DNA from: a virus
DNA length: 64,000 bases
Virus record (IMG/VR): IMGVR_UViG_3300035698_008372
Coordinates: 64,001-128,000 of that record
Direction: 5' to 3' (one strand)
The notes beneath the pieces are model-generated. The model was not told where the DNA came from and did not search any database. It saw only the letters and a program-made list of their open reading frames with translations. The position numbers and the translations under genes were made by a program. Shown one piece after another: positions 53,429 through 64,000 of the stretch; position 1 is the first letter of the stretch, and the number at the start of each line of letters is the position of its first letter.

Positions 53429-53812
53429 ATGGCACTAACAGCACGTGATAAGGAAATCATAAAAGAAATAGCTTCAAATATTAAACAGGGTTCTGCTGAA
53501 GATTCAACTTCTAGGTGAGAACTAATAGCCGAAATAAAGGCCCAGACCACTATCAACACCCAAATATTCGATGAAATTAGGGCAGTTGGTACAAATATGG
53601 GCAATATAGCAACATCCCTAAACAATGGGATTACCGAGAAAATCAATACAACCGCCGAAAAGGTTGAAAACATTGAATTCGAAGTTAAAGACAAAGACGG
53701 GGCCTTAAATAAATTGTATTCTAAACTCAATTATTTCTGGATTCCGTGAGTTGGTTCTATAATTGGTATCATACTGATTATAATCAAAATATCAATGGGA
53801 TCGCCCATATAG
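53429..53812 (+). CDS. coiled-coil protein with C-terminal TM helix (holin/XhlA-like?), UGA at 53516 and 53747
   Basis: SD GGAG + ATG 53429; 127 aa when UGA=Trp; FWIP*VGSIIGIILIIIKI; TATTTATA motif upstream. Confidence 0.65.
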
Positions 53813-54047
53813 GAAAAGGTAAAAATGAAGGTTATAAAAGTGGGAGAAATGGCGTATCAAATACTAACCATGATTCCATATTCAGAAAAAGACAACATCG
53901 AAATTCACAAGCGCACAGCTACATACGATGTCTTAATTCAAAACGATAAACAACAACTTCTGTACTTCTGCGATAAAATAGAAGATGCGGAATTCACCGA
54001 GATTGATATCTCACTACAAAAAATAGAGAAAAAAGTAAAGAAAACCG

Positions 54048-54076
54048 TTGACATTGTGGTTTAAATCTTGTATCTT
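54048..54076 (+). promoter_or_regulatory. sigma70-type early promoter
   Basis: TTGACA-17-TATCTT. Confidence 0.85.
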
Positions 54077-54882
54077 CTAGCATGTAAGAAACACTAATAT
54101 AAAGGGTTATAAATGAAATGAATGATTTTAATAAACTCATTGAGTTGCTCGATGAGTATGGTTATTTAATAACAGAAGACATCTGCCTTGTCGAAGATAA
54201 AGAGTATAGAATGGTTACCATTGATGGTAACAATATTCGTGCCGCATTTTGTGAGGAAGGATATGGTGGTTATAAATCACTAGATGGTAGGGTTGCCATT
54301 GAAAACGCTGGCGCGTTCAATAAGTGGAGCCAGGCCCCCGTGTCACTCCCCATACCAACTACAGACGAACAGAGGGAAATCATAATGGGACAATTGGAAT
54401 ACTGGGGTACTGCCGGAGGATTCGAACTGTCCAATGGTTATGCCGAACCGATTACTAGTTATGATGAATTGATGTAATGATATTATTCACTACATGGGTT
54501 CTCGTCATCATTGGTGTGGGAATATGGACCCGCGCGGAACAAGGTTCGTCTTGGGCTGAATTCGGAGCTGCAATGATATTCGTTTGTGCAATTCTTGGGT
54601 TTGGTTTACTTGGTGGGATTGTCTCAGTCGATACAACAATATTCAATACAACCAATGATATTTACTGGTTACAAGATAGTACAGCGGTTATTGTATCATA
54701 TTCCGAGGACAAGAAAATGGTTGAACACATTTCAGATCAAAAGGTATTGGATTGTGTGGAAAATGATAGCGTTAATGTGGTGTACAAAACGAATAGAAAT
54801 TCCTATGGTGGGAAACTCGACGGTAGGTTCATAATAACAATTTACTCCGATTCAACCAAATTTATTATTAGAAGGACAGGCA

Positions 54883-57800
54883 ATGGGCTTTAAAATTGGT
54901 GACATAGTAACATTAATTCCGTATTTGGAAGATGGCAAAATGTACGGGCATGACTCGTTCCATCACAGTACGATGCATTTTGATGGTCAAAGGCAAATTA
55001 CTGGAGAAGATGAGGACAGGGGTTGGTATTTGGGTGATGATAATACCTTTACATTTACGACCGAAATGTTGAATTATTCAGCGTCAGAATTCCCAACTCC
55101 AAGGGAAATGCGACCTGGGGATATGGTTAAATTGAGGGTTAATTTGGTTGAAGGTGCTAGATATGGCAAACGGTACTTTTCCAATGCGATGTATTATTCT
55201 GGGGTTCGTAAAGTACGGGAAGTTTTCCAAAATGGTGTACATCTGAAAGGCAACCTTTCCGTATATGACACCGAAATGTTCGACCCACATGTTAATCCAG
55301 AAACAGATATACAGAGGTTGGAACGGAAAATTGATGGAATTATGGAGGTCTTAGGAATGTGTGAATATGAAGATTGAATTTAGTAATAATAGGTATATTG
55401 TAAGTTCCAAATGGGGCCCAATTGCATATTTTAATTCATACGGTGGGGCCGAACATTATGTAGAAATGAATAAAAAAGTGTATGCGGTACTCGATGGCAA
55501 TGGAAATGTGGATAAGGTATTTTCAAATAGACATCAGGCCACATTGGATGGCCGCCAGATAGTCGAACTATCGGATATTAACGACGATTTAATGGAACAG
55601 GAAGAAGACGAACCGGAAGAAATGGAAGAGGACAATGACTGAGTATAAGATCGGGGACAAGCTTATTGATTTAATGACAACAATAGAATACGAGGATTAA
55701 ACGTGAATTTTCAAGAAGGTGACAATGTAATAGTGACAGATACAAATAATGATTACCCCGATATGTTCCGAATTGGCCAATCCAGAAAAGGGGTTGTGGT
55801 TGAAAATGATGGGAGCTCCATGCCATATTGGGTTGAGGTTGAGCTCGATGAACCCGGAAAAACTGACGATTTTTGGTTTGTACCAAAATCAGTTAGTGCG
55901 GGGTCCCCACATCCGCCAGAAATTATCAAAAGAACGGTGGAAGAAATATTAGAATCAATTGAAAATCGTTTGGGCCGTATGGAAGATATAATGGGAATCG
56001 CTGAATACGAGGACTAAAAGTGGGACTTAAAGAATTAAAACAGAATATGAAGATTGAAATAGGTTATGACATAATTGAAGTCTGGGACAATGGGGTTGAA
56101 TACGACCTGATAATGTGGAAATATAATAGGGTACTTGGACAAAAATGGGTGGTAAAAGTGATAAAAGGTGATGAGGTGCTAGAATATGTCAACTAAATTC
56201 GAGATTGGGGATTGGGTTGTTTTGGATGAAAACCCCGGAATATGCGCGGGATGGAGAATCTATGACTGGCCGGCCCAAGTTATTAAGTATTCACAAAATG
56301 CTAGTGGATCGAGAACATTCGTGTTGGATAATAACCATACATTCGCCGGATTCCGGATAAAATTGCATTCGAAAGGTACACTATCCGCAGCGGAATACAT
56401 AACACCAATAAAAGACCCTATGGAACAGATATTAAACGAAATAAATAACAGATTGAAAAACATAGAAGAACTATTAGGAGTAGTAGAGCATGAAGATTAA
56501 GGAAAAAGAGTTAAAATTACTATGGTTACTGGCTGGATTATCAGATGGTGCCATGAAAAATATGTTGGAATTACAGTACGGCAAATCGGCTATACTCAAA
56601 GTTGATTCGCGGTCACAACACATGTTTACAACCCTTGATGAATATTACAAGTCCGAATATCCAAAGGAATATGCGGATCACATCGCGTGGGCTCAGGAAT
56701 TGGAAGATAATTTCAGGCACGATGGTTGGAATGAATTTTCATCCAGAATTCCAGCGACTACAAATATGCGGGATGAGATTAAAGAGATATTGAGTATCTT
56801 AAAATCGGTTGAACAAGAGGACTAGAAATGAAAGTTGGAGATAAGGTTGTAATAACCAATCAGAATTATGCGGAATGGGGGGTTTTACAGGGTGCCATAG
56901 GGGTTATTGTAGGCATGGGTGGTGCACCCAGTTATATTGATGTGGAAATGGATTTTGCACATAAGGGTAGTAGCAGCCCTATTATTCACGTCGACGAGAA
57001 ATCTATTTCTCCCATAACTAAGATGGATGATGACCCATTAGTTGACGTGTTGAAAACAATCAGTAAGGAAATGGAAATTACTAATAAACGACTTCTAACA
57101 ATAGAAACCCTACTTGGGATATGTGAGGAAGAAAAATGAGACCAGGAGATATGGTAATGATGGTTGACCCGGCAACATTCAATCATCATGACCCCCCGTG
57201 TATTATCCGGGTATGTTTTTCGGGGGTTCAAAACAGATAGAACGCATCACCCCAGATGGATACCTATTATTAAATGGACGGGAGGGGTGTTATAATTCTA
57301 GATGGGTAACACTTGCGGACACAAAGGGAATTGATAGGATTGCAGCTATTGAGAATAGGCTGGCGACATTGGAAAAGGTAATAGGTGACCTTATAGGAGC
57401 GTGTGATGAAGATAGGTGATAGTGTAAGGTTAAGGGACTCCAGCACTTGGGATTGGGGACAAACACCCGGATACAGTTCTGATATGGAATTTGGGGGATT
57501 TGCCAAAATTACGGGTACAAGTCCATCAGGTTATTTGATGTTGGATGTAAAAACCGAGTATGTGTATAATGAGAATTGGTTATCAGTAGTTTACATCGGC
57601 GAGATGTTCTCCGTTGAAGATGAAATAAGGTCACTTCATAAAAAAATGGACTTGATATTGGAAATTTTGGGAGCGTGTGAGCGTGAGTAAATACAAAAAA
57701 GGCGATAGGATACGGCTTCTACAGGGTCATAGTTATTTTGGGTTGTCGGGATATGGGGTATATAGTCACATGAGCCTCGATGATGAACGACATTGGCTCG

Positions 57801-59636
57801 ATGTCACTTATGAAGGTGAATCCTATGGGCATCCATTCCTCTTTCTTGAAAAACATTTTGAACTTGTGGGTCATCCCGTTGAAGAAGAGGGGCAATATTC
57901 AGATCATGATAGAATCAAAATGTTGGAAATAAAGATGGATCAACAAGCCCTCCAAATTAAAATATTAAATGAAATTATTTACGCTTGTGAGCAAGATAAC
58001 GGTTGACTTTGTCAGTATAATCTTGTATCTTCAAGTATGAAAAGAGAGGTATCAATGAAAGTATTTTTAGTCACCGGGGATTGGTGGGACGATGGTTGTC
58101 ACGAGTGTAATAGCGGTAGTCGTCACACTACAAAGGTATTCGGCAAACGGTCGGATGCTGAGGACTATATCACTGAACAGAAACAGAAATCGTTCCGAAT
58201 TACTTATGATATTGACGAAATGGAAGTAGAGTAAAATGGATCATTATAAAAGAAAAACCTTGGCTGAGTTAGAAAAAATGACTGCCCAAAGGTTATTGAA
58301 GTATTATCAAATGAAACGAAATTCATTGTATGGATTTCAGGACATGGATTTCTCCATAGAAAATGGAGAAGAGTATGAAGCCGAACGTGACGCCGAGTAC
58401 GATTATGTGGAAAAAATCAAACTGGTTCTAGAAACCAAAGGACATGTGGTGAGAAAAAATGACACTAATAAAAAGAATTAAACGAGTTAATAAGACTAAA
58501 TTGGCAATCATGATTGTTGCAATCATCGTGGGATTTGTCGCAATATCACACGCAATCTACGGGGTCACGATAGTGAATCCCTTGATAATCTGGTGCTCAG
58601 GTGTTGGACTCATCTACGCTGGCATTTACAATTTTGCTGTACCACATCCAATAGATAGGGTCAATAGATAATGTAATATGGAGTAAAAATGACTGAAATT
58701 AAAGAGAAAATTGAAGATTTGAGAAACGGATTCAACCCTACATCGGTAAGCCTCATCCTAGATGAGTTGTTGAAGAAAATTGAAGAACTCGAGTCCAAAC
58801 TAGCCAATCAGAAATCCGAATTCCAATCGGAAATTATATCGGCCGCTGGAAGAAGATAATGTTATTGACCATTGGCAAGGGTCATTTGGTAAGTATTGAT
58901 CCAAATAAGATAGGCGATACTGTTAAAGTTGACCAGCTAAACGGGGAATTGAAATTTACTCCGGATATGTATTTTCAGGGGAATTTCTATGTCGAGCGGG
59001 TGGATTGGACTGACAATACAGCTATAGTGAATGGATTGTGGTATTCATTGAGATGGTTGACTAGAGAGGGCCCTGAAGAAAGGCATTCTGAATTGGATGA
59101 CTTGAAAGCCGAGGTAGCTGAATTGAGGAAAATGATAGAAGATTTTATAGGAGCGTGTGAACAGGATGTCTAATACAGATTTCAAAGTTGGAGATACTGT
59201 TAGACTAACCGATCCCAATGGGGTTAGTGCCCTAGCAGGGTTCGATGGAACCAAAAAGATTATTGAAAAGAGTGCGGCGAATAATATTAAATTGGATAAT
59301 GATCATTGGTATGACCCTAGTATGTTGGTACTTGTGAAAAGACCAATACCAGGTGCTTTAAATGTGGGTGATTGGGTTACTATAAATAAATCACGTATAG
59401 CACCAGCGGAATACAATTATTTTGTGGGCAGTAAACAAATAGAACAAGTTGATAACCATGATAGTACCGTTTGCTTGTCAAATCAAATGTGGTATAGCTT
59501 TTCATTTTTGGAAAAAGTGGAAAACACGGGACCTGATTTGGAGCCTAGGATAAAGACACTTGAGGAAAAGATTGACAGCATGGATAAGAAAATGGATAAA
59601 ATTTTAGAGATATTGGGAGTGTGCGAATATGAATAA
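54883..59636 (+). repeat. array of ~11 paralogous small ORFs (KxGDxV SH3/KOW-like start, coiled-coil + LGxCExED tail)
   Basis: Starts at 54883, 55635, 55703, 56186, 56490, 56828, 57136, 57406, 57683, 58859, 59166; an outlier at 62772. Confidence 0.8.
58003..58031 (+). promoter_or_regulatory. sigma70-type early promoter
   Basis: TTGACT-17-TATCTT. Confidence 0.85.
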
Positions 59637-60949
59637 ATATGAAATAAAAATAGTAACGGAACACATGACAAGAAAAGAAGTCAATGCGTTAATGGGACTA
59701 TTGGGTAGAGCTGGATATGCTGCCTATTTGGGTTATGATAAGTCCGTATGTTTCACCGCTGAAGAGGGCGATAGTGTTACAAAAATTAAAGGGAAGTGGA
59801 TACAAGATGACTAGGATGAGAGATAAGATAGATGTATACGAGAGTATATTTCACAGGATACAGATGTTGCGAGAGGTTGTTATGGATAAGGATAAGCTCC
59901 TTGAGGTGTTGGATATCATAGGTAGTTGGTCCTATGCACACAGGTCTGGCAACGGTGAGCTAAGTGAGAACGAGCAGCAAGAGAGAATTGATTATCAGTT
60001 TAATAAGATGAAGGAAAACCTTTGGGGTAAACAAGAAGATATTGATGCCACAATGGAAAAATGCATGAAAATTATAAAGGAAAATGAAGATGAGCGAAAC
60101 CGTACATTATAGAGGACGACTGGTTCCTATCAATATGGGAGACAAAACTGTTGAAGAAGTGGCCAGAAAATTAGTTGGTGGTGGCAGGGTTAAACCCCAT
60201 TTTGATGATTATGCCGAACAGCTGATATATGATCATGATAATTATACCGTTCTGAATGGTGCTATTTATGAAATAGTCGAAAAGGAATGGGTCGATGTTG
60301 ATGAGGATATATTCAGATCAACCAAGAATGGTAATGGTACTATTGATTTTGAAATCAAATATTACAATGGTGGCTGTGGATTCGAGGAAGCCCTTGAGGA
60401 AGCGATTAAAGATGACGCATAATATGAAAATGGGTTTGGCTTACTATGGTGGCCTGATCCTGGTTTGGGTCTATCGCGGGGTTTTTAACAGCTCTGGGAC
60501 TATTAATTGTTTCAGCAGTAATATACAATGAAGCTAAAGGGTAAAATAGTGAGTAAATTTTGGAAAAATTTGGGATCGGGGTTGAGTGTATATCCAGATG
60601 CTGGTGAAACGTGGATGTATAAAGAGGACAGCCCGTGGGGCAATAGTACAATTAAAATCATCGACCGCAAGGCGGGTTGGGTGTTATTTGAAATTGATGA
60701 AACCGAAGTATCAATTCCACAAAGGGATTTTTGGTCAATGTTTAGGATGGCAGAATAATGGATTTAGTAAAAGTAAATGATTTTAGTGTGGCGGTAATGA
60801 TTAAGTGGACTTGTCCAAAGTGTGGTAAGGAACATGAAAACCATTGGGAGGCATCACCATATAATGCGGTGGCCGACGATGGGTTGGATCAGTATTGTGA
60901 TAATTGTGAAGAATGGTTTGAATTAACTATGTATGAGACAAAATAAAGC

Positions 60950-60979
60950 TTGACTTTGTCAAAATAATCTTGTATATTA
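60950..60979 (+). promoter_or_regulatory. sigma70-type early promoter
   Basis: TTGACT-18-TATATT. Confidence 0.8.
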
Positions 60980-62061
60980 TAGTATAATAAAAAAGGAACA
61001 AGTATATGGCTAGATATAGATATTTTTTAACGGATACGGTGGACAATACCGATTTTGGATATGAAGCGGATTATGAAATATTCGTTACCGACGAAGACGA
61101 TTCGTCACAAGAATGGGATGGAGACGACATCGGTATCCATACTGAGGGGTTCTTGGAAATTATGACACCGCTGGAAATTCAGGGTGAAGATATGGAAAAT
61201 GTGTTTACTGGGTACTACATTCCAGCATTCCCGACATTTGAGAGTGTGGCGACACATCTTGAATCGTTTGGATGGATACTTGATAAGGATTTGGAAGAAT
61301 AATGGATGGTATGTTACATCTGAAGGTAATTTGGTCATTTGCATGGCCAACCATTAAATTTGTCTTAGTGCTAATGGTGGCATTTGCCTTCATTGGACTG
61401 GGAACGGCATTTCCAGCTGTCAGTGCGTGGATAGTTGGGATAGTTGGAGCAATTGTAGTCCTTGGATTACTTGGACTGGTATATTATGACAGACTTACAG
61501 ATATGAGGGATTTGGATAATGGATAAACCACAAGTTAGAACAACGGAGTATTTGGACTTTCTTGAATGCAAAGCATTCATAGCTGACAAATTGGGTTACG
61601 ATTTACGTGATACTATGGGTTGGCGGAAACTTCTGATGAAGGACAGGGAACATGAAGTTGAATATAGAGATTGGTGGCACCACTTCTTAGATTACAATGA
61701 TGTCAAGAATGATAGCTACTCCACATATTACTTTTGTGATATGTTAGAAGAGGGTGAAGACTGGCAAAAAGAGATTACCCAAGCTTGGATTGATGAATTC
61801 GGTGAAGAAGGTATGTATTGGATGTGTTGGTAATATGAACGATAAAATTATATTTTTGGTAATTGGAACGGAAAATACCGACCATTGGGCGGACACGATA
61901 GTGGATGCGTTTATGGATGAACATGAAGCCGGACACAAATCATTGGAATTGAACAATCGAGATGGATTATCCAGATTGTATTGGATTCAACCATTTTTAT
62001 TGAATGATGCGATGAACATGTTATTCGAATTTTATGAAGAAAAGCGACAGGGAGATTAGAT

Positions 62062-62472
62062 ATGAATTTAAATGCGATGATAGGTAAAACGATTGAGTCG
62101 ATTACAAACAAAAATAATGATGAATTGATTTTCATTGTGAGCGACGACGAACAATATATAATGTATCACGATCAAGATTGTTGTGAGAGTGTGACTATTG
62201 AAGATATCATTGGTGATTTAGATGATTTGGTTGGTAGTCCACTTGTTATGGCCGAAGAAGTTGTGAGTGACGAGAATCCAGACAAGGTTTTGGTGTCTGA
62301 AGACGATTCGGACGATGAAAGGGGATATTATCCAGACTCGGAAACGTGGACATTCTACAAATTTGCTACAATAAAGGGGTATGTAACTATACGCTGGTAT
62401 GGTACAAGTAACGGGTATTACTCAGAATCGGTAAGTTTTGATAAAATTGGAGAAAGGTGGCGGGATAGATGA
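62062..62472 (+). CDS. conserved phage hypothetical protein
   Basis: MYHDQDCCESV.IEDI.GDL..L.G, TWTFYK.AT.KG.VTIRW.G.SNGYYSE, a motif I recognise from many phages; ends on TGA in an ATGA overlap. Confidence 0.7.
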   Translation: MNLNAMIGKTIESITNKNNDELIFIVSDDEQYIMYHDQDCCESVTIEDIIGDLDDLVGSPLVMAEEVVSDENPDKVLVSEDDSDDERGYYPDSETWTFYKFATIKGYVTIRWYGTSNGYYSESVSFDKIGERWRDR

Positions 62473-64000
62473 AAAAATTAATTAAATACACAGGGTATGT
62501 GTTGGCTTTTGTGGCTGGTGTATGCATTACATCTAGTTTCTATGTGCCGGCCCTTGTACTTGGGTTGACATCAATGGGGATGGTGATATATGGGTCGGAA
62601 TAAAATGATTATAACTAAGGAATTTGTACCTGAAGCACTATCGTTTGTAGTATCGACTGTGGCCGCAACGGTCTTGTCATTCTTTGCACCCGCGGTGTGG
62701 TTGGTCGCTGGGTTGGGATGGGCAGTTATATTGTACATAACTATTAAGCGTTTTATAGGGGCGTAACCAATATGAATAGTGAATTTGGAGAATTCCAAAT
62801 TGGGATGTGGGTCAATCTCACTGAAAAGGCTTGGGAACTGGCCCGAGAAAACCCTTGGGCAGATTGTGTGGCCGCCAAGTGGCCCCAACAAATAACCGGA
62901 CATCATGACAATAAAATGGATGTCACTCTAAACTCAGTTGGACCAATTGGAATCAGGCATTTGGTACTGGAAGAGAATCAGAAAAGGATTCCATTTATTC
63001 AACCACTTACATTGGAACAGAAAGTGGATATTTTAACAGACAAATTCGATGAATTACTAACCAAATTGGACAAGGTAATTGATTGGGATGTATTGGAATA
63101 TGATAATTGAAATATCCTTTTTTAGACAAAACCCTACAAATACAGTAAATGATAGGGATATGTGGTGGCTGTCAATGGATGGCCGAAGGGATACTCATTT
63201 TATAGATGATTGGGAAATGTATGAATTTATTAAGGACCAGACATATGTGGGCCCAATTGGTTTATAATTGATGAAACGGTATTAGAACATGATAATGGAA
63301 ATCAAACAGCGTAGGACATTCTGGGGGTTGACTTTCGATTTGGACATAGATGGTTCTACAATGTATGTTTGTCATTGGACAGAAGATGTAGTAAATAAAG
63401 GATTAAAGGCGTGGCCCATGGCAGAATGGGGTCCAACCTTTGAAGAAAACGCAAATTATTATATTTGTGAACATGAAAAGGAGTAAGTATGAACAGTGAG
63501 ATATTGGGTGGAGTTTTGGGGAGAATTAAAAAGAGATTTATTTCTGAATCCTAGGTTTTGGGCCGGATTGGTTATGATATGGGCTGGAATAGCTATGGCC
63601 AGTCTATCGTGGTTTCCCGGTTTGTTGGTGTGTATAGTCGGATGGACTTTGTATTGGAAATTCCTTGGGGGATATCACAGATGAGCTGGAGATGTCTACC
63701 TTGGGTAAATTTTTCAATAGGGGTATGGTGTTTGATAGTTGGAATCCTTAGCACTACACCATTTTTGGGCCCATTGAATATATTTCTTGGGGTATTGAAT
63801 ATTGCGGCGGGGTTCCATACAATTTATCTAGAGAGGAAAAACTCGTGGATGAGAAACTAAGTACATTATTGGAATCATTGAACTATCGGCATCAGATACT
63901 AAAGGATGAATTAACTAGTATTGATAGAATGGGTACAATTGAGGAAGAAATAGAACGTGCAGGGATCAAAGGCCGCATGAATGAGAACGATTTAATGGTC

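Overview
A 64 kb, AT-rich, essentially all plus-strand segment of a large T4-like/jumbo-type phage. Two 'early' blocks (about 1-7.5 kb and 51-64 kb) hold small ORFs driven by seven near-identical sigma70 promoters, including RNA-repair and anti-defence genes and an expanded paralog family. The central block (7.6-51 kb) holds the replication module (gp32, RecA/UvsX, FEN, helicase, class II RNR, dUTPase, PolB, clamp and clamp loader), four GNAT-type (Mom/DUF4338) genes, three odd tRNA-Gly genes, an ~18 kb glycosylation cluster and ThyX. Main discoveries: (1) PolB is split by a homing endonuclease, and its catalytic YIDTDS motif is interrupted by a 7-nt, stop-containing gap flanked by two RNA hairpins. 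This is a candidate new programmed ribosomal bypass cassette analogous to T4 mobA/gene 60, and the two halves carry a non-splicing half-intein adapter. (2) Three non-canonical tRNA-Gly genes plus three Mom paralogs suggest a dedicated glycyl-tRNA supply for DNA hypermodification. (3) The RNR is encoded in three pieces joined by two split inteins, plus a 173-nt group I intron. (4) UGA is a sense codon (Trp) in the central block but a stop codon in the early blocks. All family assignments come from motif recognition by eye, not database searches.
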